NCBI GenBank assembly: GCA_963736535.1
Contig: CAVTPN010000001.1
Location: forward strand, 153,789-217,788
Source: an uncultured Acidobacteriaceae bacterium
Lineage (GTDB): Bacteria > Acidobacteriota > Terriglobia > Terriglobales > Acidobacteriaceae
Reading direction: 5' to 3'
Length of the DNA stretch: 64,000 bases
Part shown: one piece after another, positions 30,371 to 40,464 of the stretch
Position numbering within the stretch: the stretch's first letter is position 1
How the letters are laid out: every line of letters begins with the position of its first letter
Program-made: the position numbers and the translations under genes
The notes under the pieces: generated by a model
Databases searched by the model: none
The model's input: the letters and a program-made list of their open reading frames with translations, nothing else
Told to the model about the DNA's origin: nothing

Positions 30371-31518
30371 GGCGTTTCCTCGCGCAGCGGTTGGATAAGC
30401 GCGCTTGGCTGATACTCGGGCACCGCGTGTAAAACTGCCGCCAATAACTGTTCCAGGGAGCGCTCCCGGCAAGCCTGCTGTAGTTGTCGCAAAATCTCAT
30501 CCAGAACAGTGGCAGTCAGACAGGGGCTTTTGATCGCCCGCAGCGGCTGCCCCGAATCCGCATGGGCAAGGTACGATTCTCGGTCCGAGAGCAGTGCTTC
30601 ACACATCTTGTCGCCCGGCCGCAGCTGGGTAAAGACGACGGGCGCCAGGCTAGGGGCAGAGCCGCGTCCGTTTGCCATCAGATGCTGCGCGAGCGCTACT
30701 ACCGGCACCGGCTCCCCCAACTCCGGCACCAGTATGCCTTGCGGAGTGTCTGCGGAAGTCGCATGCAGCAGTAGGGTAACCGCATCCGCGAGGGTGAGGA
30801 AGTACCGCCGAACCTCGGGATGCGTGACTGTTATCGGCTGCCCGCACAGTATTTGCTTTAAGAAAAGAGGAACGATACTACCCTCCGATCCGAGGACATT
30901 GCCCAGGCGGACCACTTTCCTCCGGATGGACCCAGCGCGCGGCGCCAGCATAACCAGCTCGGCTATCCTCTTCGATGCCCCCATGATGCTGAGCGGGTCA
31001 ACGGCCTTGTCGGTGGACAGCAAAATCAATTGCTCAGTTTCGGCGTTGGCGCCGGCGGCCTGCGCCAGCAGATGGGTGCCGATCGCATTGTTCTCGATCG
31101 CAGCAAAGGGATTCTGCTCCATCAGGGGAACATGCTTGAACGCGGCTGCGTGATAAATGATCTGGGGCCGGTAACGGCGGAATATCTCGGCCAGCAAGAC
31201 AGGGTGAGAGACGCTGCCCAACACGGACACGTGTTCGATCGGGTAGGGCAGTTGCCGCAAAGCCGTGTCGATCTCATAGAGATTCCGCTCTGCTGCTTCC
31301 AGCAACACCAACTGCTTCGGAGCAAACTCGGCGATGCGACGGGTCAAAGCCGAACCGATCGAGCCCCCGGCCCCGGTGATCAGAATGCGTTTGCCCTGCA
31401 GTGAAGCCGCCATCTGTGCGCGATCGAGAGCCAGCGGCGCGCGATCGAGAAAGCTCTCCCATGCATAAGCAGCGAGGTGTGGTGCCGAGGAGCCGGTTCT
31501 ATTGTTGGTGCTTGTCAT
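30367..31518 (-). CDS. CapD/PglF/PseB-like NDP-sugar 4,6-dehydratase (soluble, no TM domain)
   Basis: Rossmann motif ILITGAGGSIGSAL, then ...IYHAAAFKHVPLMEQNPFAAIENNAIGT...LSTDKAV.P.SIMGASKRIAE. ATG 31518 is preceded by AGGAG at a 7-nt spacing. Confidence 0.8.
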   Translation of the reverse strand: MTSTNNRTGSSAPHLAAYAWESFLDRAPLALDRAQMAASLQGKRILITGAGGSIGSALTRRIAEFAPKQLVLLEAAERNLYEIDTALRQLPYPIEHVSVLGSVSHPVLLAEIFRRYRPQIIYHAAAFKHVPLMEQNPFAAIENNAIGTHLLAQAAGANAETEQLILLSTDKAVDPLSIMGASKRIAELVMLAPRAGSIRRKVVRLGNVLGSEGSIVPLFLKQILCGQPITVTHPEVRRYFLTLADAVTLLLHATSADTPQGILVPELGEPVPVVALAQHLMANGRGSAPSLAPVVFTQLRPGDKMCEALLSDRESYLAHADSGQPLRAIKSPCLTATVLDEILRQLQQACRERSLEQLLAAVLHAVPEYQPSALIQPLREETP

Positions 31519-31744
31519 GTAGGCACTCCTTCCATTATGCGTTAGGCCGAGAACTTTCGAGGCTGAGGCCACCACCGCTTGCCCGGCAGCATCTCTATAC
31601 ACAGTTGCGCGGGGAGGGGAGCGGGTTTTCGCGATTTCCTCCGCTTGCCGTCGGCCAAGGAGAATCGCAGCAACCGACGGACTCTTCCCGTCCCACCCAA
31701 GATTCAACCTGCGACGTTGGCCCCTCGAATTGTGGAGGGGCGGG

Positions 31745-31772
31745 GAAAAGCAGAGGCCGGCATCAGCCGGCC
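31745..31772 (-). terminator. Probable terminator downstream of the aldo/keto reductase pair
   Basis: The minus strand reads GGCCGGC-TGAT-GCCGGCC followed by TCTGCTTTTCC. Confidence 0.45.
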
Positions 31773-32052
31773 CTTTCCTTACGTTCGTTCGCGTTGGAAT
31801 TGGTTTTCTTAGGTTGTTTCGCTGGCTGCAGTTCTGCGGGCGGTCTTTGGGTACTTCTTTCTCGTCAGCATCGTAGGGCGGTGTCCCGGCAAGCAGAACC
31901 TATGTAGAAACAGAGAGTAGTTACGGTTACGAAATCTATTTCCAAGCCGGTGGAAGACTCCGCTTCTAAGGTGAAGGATGAGGTAGCAGTCGGGGACGGC
32001 CTGAATTTTCAGAGTGGTGGCGCTTTGAAACGCAATCTGGCTGACCCACCTT

Positions 32053-33155
32053 CTAGGCAGGTAACTCGGCCGCGCTGGGGAAGTCGTGTTGCTGGCGGCC
32101 CAGGTCGCCGTCGTATTTGACACTGCTTTTAAAGAGCTCGTAGCGGCCGTCGTCAAACTGCTGCCCATAGGAGCGCAACTCGCCGATCTGCTGCTCAGAG
32201 AGCGGCTTGAAATTGCGCAGGATCTCCAGATTCTGATCCAGAACGCCCATGGAATCCATGCCGCTGATGGTGGTCGATACGCCGGGCAGGCTCATGGCGA
32301 ACGTCAGCGCTTCTGTGGGGGTCAGCGCTCCCTGCGAGATCATTTCCCCCGAACCACCCATGCTCTTCATCCCGAAGACCGCCAAGCCGCGCTGTGCGGC
32401 CACCGGCAAGTACCTCCTGCTGGAAGCTGCGATAGCTGTAGTCGAAGGGATTCAAAGGCATCTGGATGGTGTCGAACGGAAAACCACCATTGAGCATGGC
32501 CAGATGAATGGAAGGATTCTTGTGGCCGGTAAATCCAACGAAGCGAACTTTGCCTTGTTGCTTGGCGGCCGTGAGTGCCTCCAGAACGCCATCCGGGGCA
32601 TAGCACTTTTCAGGATCGTTGTAGTACACCACTTCGTGGACCTGCCAAACATCCAGATGATCCGTCTGCAGGCGAGTCAGCGACTCCTCCAGCATCCGCA
32701 TGGCGACATCTTTCTTGCGGCCGTGGGTGCAGACCTTGGTCATCACGATTGCTTTATCCCGCTTGCCCTTGAGAGCAGTGCCGAGGCGCTCTTCGCTGGC
32801 GCCCTTGTAGTACTCCCACGCGTTGTCGAAGAAGTTAATTCCATGGTCCAGGGCTTTTGCGACCATGTTGTTGACCTCCGGTTGTCCGGCCACGGTCGCC
32901 GAGGTGGTAACCACCCACGCCAAGGATGGAAACCTGAAGCCCGGTCTTCCCCATGGGGCGATGCGGCGCTTGGAACTCCGCAACCGTTTCTCCACTCTCT
33001 CCCGGCCCGTTGGGCACAACGGGATTCGCTTGTCCCTGGGGCGCGTTGCTCTGCCCCTTCGCCGACGCCGCGGAGATCATGGAAACAGCACCCGTCATAG
33101 CGACACCTTTCAAAAACGCTCGGCGGCTTTCCCAGCCTTCGGCTTTGGTCTTCAA
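32053..33155 (-). pseudogene. Aldo/keto reductase with Tat signal peptide, two frame breaks
   Basis: Three collinear segments lie in three frames. Segment 1: (TTG)MKTKAEGWESRRAFLKGVAMTGAV...MGKTGLQVSILGVGGYHLGD. Segment 2: VAGQPEVNNMVAKALDHGINFFDNAWEY...FVGFTGHKNPSIHLAML...FQQEV. Segment 3: LPVAAQRGLAVFGMKSMGG...DDGRYELFKSS. Breaks lie at about 32892-32897 and 32408-32413. Confidence 0.85.
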
Positions 33156-33183
33156 TCGTGAGCCCTTTACAACATGTTCGAAG

Positions 33184-34161
33184 TTAGTCGGAAACCTGCG
33201 GGAACGGCCTGCCCGTGTTCTGAGTGGCGTAAACCATTTGCTTTACTTCAACCTGCTCCATATCGAGCGGAAACTCGTGCGCTATGCGCGCTTCAGGGTT
33301 GTCGAACTTAATCGAAGTCTTATAAAGCTCAAAACGGCCATCGCCGGCATAGGGCTTTGCCCGCTCGCGCAGAGCCTGCATTTCCGCTGATGAGAGCGGG
33401 GTGAAACCTTGAGCGATTTCAGATTCTGTTCCAGGATCGGCATCTCCGAGACACCAGAGATCGTAGTAGCCACCGGCAGGCTCATGGCGTATTGAAGGAG
33501 CTCCTTGGCCGTGAAGACGCCTTTCTGTACCGGCTCCCCATGGCCCCCGATCGGCTTCATACCTAGCGGAGCAATGCCGCGACTATTCAGAACGGGTAGC
33601 ACTTTCTGCTCGAAGGAAAAGAAATTGGCGTCGAAGGGATTAAGCGGCATTTGCACAGCATCGAAGGGGAAGCCCGTGTTCAGCATAGCCAGATGGATAT
33701 CGGGATCCTTATGCCCAGTGAAACCCACAAAGCGTACCTTGCCTTGCTGCTTGGCCTTGCGGAGTGCTTCGGCCGCGCCATTCGGCCGGATAAATTCTCG
33801 AGGGTCGTTCTGGAAGGAAACTCCATGAATTTGCCAAAGGTCGAGGTGGTCTGTTTGCAGCCGTCGAAGTGACTGCTCCAGCATCTGCATGGCGAGCGAT
33901 GCGTCCCGGCCGTGGGTGCAGACCTTGGTCATAAGGAATGCGCGATCGCGCAAGCCGCGCAGTCCTTTGCCGAGCCAATCTTCTGACTTGCCCCGGTTGT
34001 ATTCCCAACAGCAATCGTAGAAGGTGATGCCGCCGTCGAGTGCGCGATGGACAATTTCCACCGCGGTCGGCCTCGTCTTTGGCTGCGCCAAGGTGATGGC
34101 CGCCGAGACCCAGCGCGGAGATTTTCACGTCTGTCTTGCCAAAATTGCGGAGGGGGATCAT
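33184..34161 (-). pseudogene. Aldo/keto reductase (paralogue of the neighbour, no signal peptide), two frame breaks
   Basis: Segment 1: MIPLRNFGKTDVKISALGLGGHHLGAAKDEA. Segment 2: TAVEIVHRALDGGITFYDCCWEY...FVGFTGHKDPDIHLAML...ILEQNLK. Segment 3: IAQGFTPLSSAEMQALRERAKPYAGDGRFELYKTS. Breaks lie at about 34068 and at the T-run 33417-33419. Confidence 0.85.
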
Positions 34162-34389
34162 AGAACTCACACCACATAGATGCGGCGCCATCGAGGTTTC
34201 GCCGCCTACTTTCGCCGGTGATAAGAAGCCCGTTCTCGGTTGCCCCGTGCAGGCGAGAGAGTGTGGCGTTATTTGACGCTTTTACCGCCCGGACCCCTCC
34301 GGTAGGCTCGCGCTTGTGGGCATCGATTCTAAGACGGCAGGCACGAGCTGCTTCAGAGGGCCTGGCAAACAACCTTCCCCGTCCTATCC

Positions 34390-34839
34390 TTGGCCCACAG
34401 AGCTGCAGTCAGAAATGAGTGGCCGATGCTACCCGGAAGAGTCATCCCGTTTTCCATTCCCGTTGATCCGCAGTGCCACAGCGACAGAGCGCCCAACATC
34501 GTGGTTCAGATCGGCCGGGACGAGGAGCTTTTGCGCCTACGGGCGATGGTCATCGGTACAGCCGGCTACAGCGTCCACTCGATGACTCCGGACCACGTAA
34601 CCGCGGAACTCAGGAGGACCCAAGGGGTTCGCGTTTGGGTCTTTTGCCACACGCTGGAGTTTTATGAACTGGCGCTGCTGGCGGTCGCCATCCGTAAGGA
34701 CCGGCCTGCGGATAAGCTTCTGCGCCTGACCGGTCTCAACGATATTCGACAGGCACCCGGCCTCTTTGATGAATTGCTGGAGCCGGTCAGGAGCGTTGAC
34801 GATCTGCTGGAAATGGTCGCCGACCTGGCCAAACCGTAG
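34390..34839 (+). CDS. Hypothetical protein with degenerate receiver-like (CheY-fold) pattern
   Basis: 149 aa. It shows alternating beta/alpha propensity (IVVQIGRDEELLRLRAMV..., VRVWVFCHTLE..., LLRLTG) but has no phospho-acceptor Asp. It converges on, and overlaps, the tail of the kinase gene. Confidence 0.4.
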   Translation: MAHRAAVRNEWPMLPGRVIPFSIPVDPQCHSDRAPNIVVQIGRDEELLRLRAMVIGTAGYSVHSMTPDHVTAELRRTQGVRVWVFCHTLEFYELALLAVAIRKDRPADKLLRLTGLNDIRQAPGLFDELLEPVRSVDDLLEMVADLAKP

Positions 34840-35673
34840 TCAGCCCGGTCACCCTGCGGCGTAAAGAAGGATTGACTCGGCCTATCTCATCGATCGGGCC
34901 GCCCAAAGGTAACAACACCGAAAAGGACGTCCCCCGCGCTTTGCCTTCCGTAGAGCTACGCCAATGAATTTGTCCCCCATGTTTCTCGACTATGGTCTTG
35001 CAAATCCATAGCCCCAGCCCATTGCCTGCCTCGGCTTTATCGCTTTGAAAGGCTTCAAAGAGCCTCGCCCGGATACGCAACGGGATACCCCGCCCGTTGT
35101 CCGCAATGGTCAGACGGCCATTTGTACCGGCCGCCCGCAGGCGCAAGCAAAGCACGCCCCCGACGGGAAGCGCCTCGGCTGAATTGCGCACCAGGTTGGA
35201 AACCAGCTGAAGAAAGTCACTCGGGTAGATCGAGCCGATCAGCAGATCCGGCAGGTCCTTCCGCACCTGGATCCGCTTTTCCTGCAAGCAAGGCGGAGTG
35301 GTAGCGCAACGCCGTATCCACCAGGGGAACCAGATCCTTCGTCTGGATCTGCGGCGTATCCCGAAAAAACGAGAGGGTTTGCCGGGCAATGTACTGTATC
35401 CGAACCAGTTGTTCTTCTATCTGCACGGCGCGGGCGCGGACCAAGTTCCGGGCGGTCCGCCTCTTTCCCAATGAGGTAGACAAGGTCGGCGATCGCCTGC
35501 GAAGGATTATTGATCTCGTGCATCACCGAAGCTGCCAGCCGGCCCGCCATGGCAAGCTTTTCCGACCGGCGCAAGGCGATTTCCAGGCGAAGCGTACGCT
35601 CGTCGCTTGGAGGGTCGCGCGGGGGTGTAGCTGGACCGATCTCCTTCATAGCGAGTCGCCTCTGCTGCAACAT
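34787..35673 (-). pseudogene. Cytoplasmic histidine kinase (HisKA + HATPase, no sensor domain), two frame breaks
   Basis: Segment 1: EKLAMAGRLAASVMHEINNPSQAIADLVYLIGKEA. Segment 2: ARNLVRARAVQIEEQLVRIQYIARQTLSFFRD...ALRYHSAL. Segment 3: LQEKRIQVRKDLPDLL...LVSNLVRNSAEA...DNGRGIP...GNGLGLWICKTIVEKHGG. Breaks lie at about 35441-35456 and 35285-35292. Confidence 0.8.
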
Positions 35674-35675
35674 GA

Positions 35676-38511
35676 TTATGTAGAGGGCCCCAAAGGGTCC
35701 GGGGTTGCCGAAGCGCAGGAAAAGGTGTTACCAGAGAGCGCTGCTGAAACGTCACTTACGTCGCGATCCTCCTGGAGCTTTGCTCCGGGTCTTCTTTGGA
35801 TGCGCCGGTGCGCTCGCTGCCGTTCTTCGGTCCATTCCATCCGGCTGGGCGGGGGATTTCCTAGCTCGCTCACCACGCTGAGCACTACGCCGTCGATTCG
35901 GTTATCCATGGTTCGGTAGGGAACGATGCGCAAAATGCACCACTTTCCATCATTGTCCTGGACGCTGAATTGCTTGGACTGCACCTGCTGGATGACATCG
36001 AGCAGATTCTGTTCCAGGTCGCCCATGTCGATTTTGAGCCTCAACCTCGGCATAGGGCGGCCGATATCATTGGAGTTAAGACCCAGCGTTGCCGCCGCCT
36101 GAGGCGTGAACCGGCGAACACTCAGGTCGGCACTCAACATAACAATCGGCAGATTTACGCTATACAGCAGGTTGGTAAGGTCATTGTTCAATGTGGTGAG
36201 GAGCTCGTTGCGATGCTGCATCTCCTCGTTGACGGTATGGAGCTCCTCGTTGGCCGACTCCAATTCCTCTTTCGAAGTTTGTAGCTCCTCGTTCGTACTC
36301 TGCAGCTCTTCGTTGCCCGATTGAATCTCTTCATTGGCCGACTGCAGTTCCTCGTTGGTGCCTTCCTGCGACTCAATAATGGACTGCAGATACTCTCGGG
36401 TTGCCGCTAATTCCTGCCCCAAGTGGATGATCTGTCTCCCCAGCGCAGACTGTTCCTCGGTCATGATGGGGTCAAGCACCAGGGAACTCGACGGTATATT
36501 CGAAATTCCGGGCGCCGGCAACCGATTCTCCGCAGACGAACTACTTTCGAAAATAATCAGGAAGCTGTACTGCTCCTGGCTGGAAACCTTGAAGGGAATA
36601 ACCCGGACGCTGACCGTTTTGCTCTTTCCATCCTCTTCCGCACGCACGTCCTGCCGTATGGCTTCAAAGCCTTTTTCCTTTGCTTCCTCGATCGCGCTTC
36701 GCAGCTCAAACAGCAACCCGGGCCGCGCCATTTTCAGCAGGTTGAGGCTCGCCTTTCCCGGAGGGAGTTCCAAAAACGAAGCCGTATGTCCTCTGGTCTG
36801 GAGAATCTCAAGCTGATGGTTAATCAGCACCGCGGGCGGCACGTACCTGGACAAAAGGAGACGGTCCGCCTCTCGCTGCAACTCCATCGGGACCTTCAGT
36901 GCTTCTGTAGGCTGTCGAGGAGGAGGCCGATGTTTGCGCTCCACTTGGTTCCGGTTCAGGCCTGCCGACAGAAAAGCCGGAGGCCAGCGGCGTCGATACT
37001 AATCTCTTACGAAAGATTTTCTGCTTCTTATCCGTCATCTCGAAAAGCTCCGAACCCGCCCCGAGCAGCCCCTCGGTACTTCCCAGCATGAGGAACCCGG
37101 TAGGATTCAACGCGTAATGCAAAATCGGTATAACCCTTCTCTGCAGGGACTGGCTCAAGTAAATCATCACGTTGCGGCAACTTAACAGATCCATACGGGA
37201 AAAGGGAGGGTCGTTGAAGACGTTTTGCGTGGAAAAAATGCAGAGATCCCGGATTTTTTTTCGAATCTGGTAGCCGCCATCGGTTTTGTGAAAGAACCGG
37301 CGCAGCCGTAACGGCGTCACGTCCGCCTCGATGTTTTCCTTGTATACGGCTGCCCTGGCGCGCTGAATCGCGCTTTCGCTCAGGTCTGTGCCGAAGATCT
37401 GGATCGGAATATCGGCTCGCTCTTCCCCCAGGTACTCTACGAGAGAAATCGCGTGCGAGTAAGTCTCTTCGCCGGTCGAACAGCCCGGAACCCAGATGCG
37501 GATCGGCGCCGAGGTGGAGGTCCGCGCCTGCAGAATGGCCGGATAGACCACATGCTGGACAGCTTCGAATGCCTCCGGGTTGCGGAAGAAGCTGGTCACA
37601 TTGATCAGAAGATCGTGATAGAGGGCATTTACTTCCTGGGGTTCGCGCTGCAGGAAGGCGCCGTAATTCTCGAGCTTCTCGATCTTTTGCAGCGCCATGC
37701 GGCGCTGGATGCGGCGCGCGATGGTAGGCGATTTGTATCCCGAAAAATCGACCCGGGTTCTCCGCCGCAGCAGGCGAAAGATCAGATCCAGATCGCTTTC
37801 CTCCCCCAAGTGCTCCGGCTCCTGCTTGTGCCCGTCGGCGATATAAGGATGATGACGGATGCGAGCGATCTCCCGCGCTATGCCCGTGGGAGTCATCACG
37901 AAATCGACACAGCCGGAGGCGATCGCACTCGCCGGCATGCCATCGTATTTGGCTGAGGTTGGCTCCTGGGCGAAGGTGATGCCCGCTTCCCCCTTGATGG
38001 CCGCAAGACCATGGGTACCATCCGAAGCGGTTCCGGAAAGGATCACGCCGATCGCGTCGCTTCCGTGCGCCAGCGCCAGCGATCGCAGAAACGTGTCGAT
38101 TGTTGTGTTGGATGACCTTCGCTCTGGCCGGTTTCCCAGGTGCAGCACCCATTCCGCGATCGTCATCTCGCAATTAGGCGGGATCACATAGACATGATCG
38201 GGCGCTACCCGCATACCACTCTTCACCTGCAGCACCGGCATCCGGGTAGCGCGGGCCAATATCTCGGTGACTGCGCTCTCCCGGGCGGGGTCCAGATGAA
38301 GCACCAGGACATAAGCCATACCCAGGACCGGCGAAAGCTCCTTGAACATGCTCGTCGCTGCTTCGAGGCCTCCAGCCGAGGCGCCAATCCCGACGATGGG
38401 GAATCGATACGAGTGGTCCGGGACAGCGCCAGCCTCTAAGGCAGCCTCTTTCGCTTCGTGAGGGGGCTGCTTTGGGGCCGGCGTTTTGGGCCTTCTCTTC
38501 ACGGCTGTCAT
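35676..38511 (-). pseudogene. CheB methylesterase - CheR methyltransferase - PAS/coiled-coil/PAS fusion protein, one frame break
   Basis: CheB-like region IVGIGASAGGLEA...LSGTASDGT.... CheR-like region TSFFRNPEAFE...IWVPGCSTGEETYS...CRNVMIYL. The frame break lies at about 36900-37000. It continues as LQREADRLLLSRYVPPAVLINHQLEILQTRG..., then a heptad NEELQS coiled coil and a second PAS (GKWCILRIVPYRT). Confidence 0.85.
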
Positions 38512-38539
38512 AGACGGGAAAATTCACATCAGAAATGCC

Positions 38540-38567
38540 CGGAGTATTCTCTGCACAGAGAATACTC
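38540..38567. promoter_or_regulatory. Perfect 13-bp-arm palindrome upstream of the cheB/cheR fusion gene
   Basis: GGAGTATTCTCTG-CA-CAGAGAATACTCC lies 29 nt upstream of the start at 38511 and about 90 nt downstream of the HTH gene stop. Confidence 0.4.
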
Positions 38568-38657
38568 CTCCTGGCATCCAGTGCAGTGTCTGCGCTTGTC
38601 GTCCAACGGGTGGGGGTGAAAGCGGGCGTTGGGCGGCTTAGGCGGGAGGCAGAGGCC

Positions 38658-39128
38658 TCAGGCGATTCGCTTGGATTCCCTTGCCGCCGCGCTCGCAGCC
38701 GGTTCCTGTGTCGCCGAAGCTGGGAGACACCAGGGGACCTCCAGGGCATGGTTGCTGAGCCGATCGCATCGCTCGGTTAGCAGGCGGATGGATTCAGTAA
38801 TCTGTTGCGTCAGCGCCTGATTGGCGTCTCGCAGTGCACGGGCGGTCCGGATGCCTTCCCTGAGGGTGTTGCGCGCGGAATCTGACGGTTCGGCCCCCCT
38901 CACCGTTAAATCCTTCACCGCGACTCGAGCGGAGAAGCGCGTCGCTAACCACGCATCCAAGTCACTGCGATCGAGCAAGACCGCACTCTTATGCAAGGCG
39001 CCGTTGGGACGGCGAACCGGAAGTCCGAGGTGACGTTCCCATCGTTGCACCGTGCGGACACCCTTGCCCATGTACTTGGCGATATCTTTCCACGACGACA
39101 GGACTGCGGATTCTTCCGGGAGGTTCAT
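38658..39128 (-). CDS. Excisionase/MerR-like HTH DNA-binding protein
   Basis: The N-terminal SWKDIAKYMGKGVRTVQRWERHLGLPVRRP is an excisionase-type HTH. The C-terminal half is predicted helical. Confidence 0.65.
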   Translation of the reverse strand: MNLPEESAVLSSWKDIAKYMGKGVRTVQRWERHLGLPVRRPNGALHKSAVLLDRSDLDAWLATRFSARVAVKDLTVRGAEPSDSARNTLREGIRTARALRDANQALTQQITESIRLLTERCDRLSNHALEVPWCLPASATQEPAASAAARESKRIA

Positions 39129-39557
39129 CTGAACTTTCCTCGCGATAAGCGATTATAGCCCCCCAAGGTTTTTTGCCGAAGCGATTGCAAGTCCCCTTTT
39201 AGGGTCATACAAGTGCGAACCGAGCTCGAGCAAATAGACGTCCTCCCCCTCCAAAAGGTGGCGATTCGAAGTATCTCTTTGAGCTAACTCGACATCCGGG
39301 CACTTAAAGGACATCATGATCAGCGTTTGATCGAGATAGTGTCGTGATTGGGCCTTCCGGCCGGGGGGCCGGACGCACGAAAACAGGTAAAGAAGCGGCA
39401 AAGACGGCGCGGCTTGTGGCGGTCAGGTCGCAGCCATCATCTCGGCAACCCCGATCTAGCGAGTGCATCCTACCCAATAGTGCTGCGACCGAAGACGCTT
39501 TCCAAACCTCATCCGCGCACCCCCAAACGTTAGTTCATCCAAAGGAGTTCTAGAACA

Positions 39558-40061
39558 ATGAAAGTATTTTCAGCAAACATCCAGGATCTACGCACCCTCT
39601 ATGTAAGCAACTTAAAGAAGGCGCTTGACATGGAGCAGAAGATCACCAAGGCCCTTCCGGACCTCATCGAAAAGTCCACTGACATCGAGCTGACTACGGC
39701 TTTCCAAACTCACCTTGAAGAAACCAAGGGACATGTCACTATGGTGGAGAGCCTGCTGCAGCGCAATATCGGCGAGAGCAAGACCGAGACGTGCAAGGTA
39801 ATCAATGGGCTTACGACCGAAGCGTCCGACACCATCACGGACGTCACTGACTCTTCCATCAGAGATATCGCGCTCATTGGCGCCGCCCAACAGGTTGAGC
39901 ACCACGAGATCGCAGTTTATGGAACGCTGCGCCGCTGGGCCGAGATTTTGGGCCTGGCGGATGACGCGATGGTTCTGGAGGCCATTGAAGAGCAGGAGAT
40001 CAATGCGGATCAAATGCTGAGTGAAATAGCCGAGCGTGTCAATTTCCAGGCTGCGGCCTAG
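39558..40061 (+). CDS. YciE/YciF family ferritin-like stress protein (DUF892)
   Basis: 167 aa. LRTLYVSNLKKALDMEQKITKALPDLIEKS...HLEETKGHVTMVESL...GAAQQVEHHEIAVYGTL is the DUF892 pattern. AAAGGAG lies upstream. Confidence 0.85.
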   Translation: MKVFSANIQDLRTLYVSNLKKALDMEQKITKALPDLIEKSTDIELTTAFQTHLEETKGHVTMVESLLQRNIGESKTETCKVINGLTTEASDTITDVTDSSIRDIALIGAAQQVEHHEIAVYGTLRRWAEILGLADDAMVLEAIEEQEINADQMLSEIAERVNFQAAA

Positions 40062-40138
40062 CCCAGGGACGGCCTGCGCTTGCAACGCGTAGGCCGCTCC
40101 GCCAAACCCCAGACGTCATAAGTCATAAAGGAAAAACA

Positions 40139-40327
40139 ATGGCAAAGTATGGAAGCGCCGCGGGCAAGAGCGTCAAGAGTGCGGTACACCGCGAAAAAAG
40201 TGGTACCCTCAAGTCCGGCAAAGGCGGTAAAGGCGGCACGGTGAAGAGCAGGAAGCAAGCGATTGCGATTGGACTTTCCGAAGCACGTAAGAAGGGTGCG
40301 AAAGTACCAAAAAAGAAGTCAAGTTAA
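40139..40327 (+). CDS. Small lysine-rich stress-type protein (DUF6496-like)
   Basis: 62 aa. ...GTLKSGKGGKGGTVKSRKQAIAIGLSEARKKGAKVPKKK resembles small proteins of this family. Assignment is from memory, not a search. Confidence 0.5.
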   Translation: MAKYGSAAGKSVKSAVHREKSGTLKSGKGGKGGTVKSRKQAIAIGLSEARKKGAKVPKKKSS

Positions 40328-40464
40328 CGCTGTACGACCGCTCTGAACCTTTCACTTGTGGTCAATACCGCGCTCTGCCTCCCCCTCTACAGGTCCAGCG
40401 ATAGTCAAGGGGAACATCCTTCGCCGCTTGTCTCCGCCGCCAAATATTGCATCATAAATGAGCT

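Noticed and set aside
31519-32052. 530-nt gap upstream of the capD-like gene, with ORFs 31401-31907 (+) and 31809-32168 (-)
   Set aside because: The ORFs are low-complexity and overlap real genes out of frame. The region contains only a terminator-like hairpin and presumably the operon promoter.
36190-36370. Regularly spaced short repeats that could be mistaken for a CRISPR-like array
   Set aside because: The period is 21 nt with no spacers. The repeats lie inside a coding frame and encode a heptad coiled coil.
37028-38173. 381-aa minus-strand ORF in an alternative frame of the cheB/cheR gene
   Set aside because: It lies out of frame over well-conserved CheB/CheR sequence and is Arg/Gly/Pro-rich.
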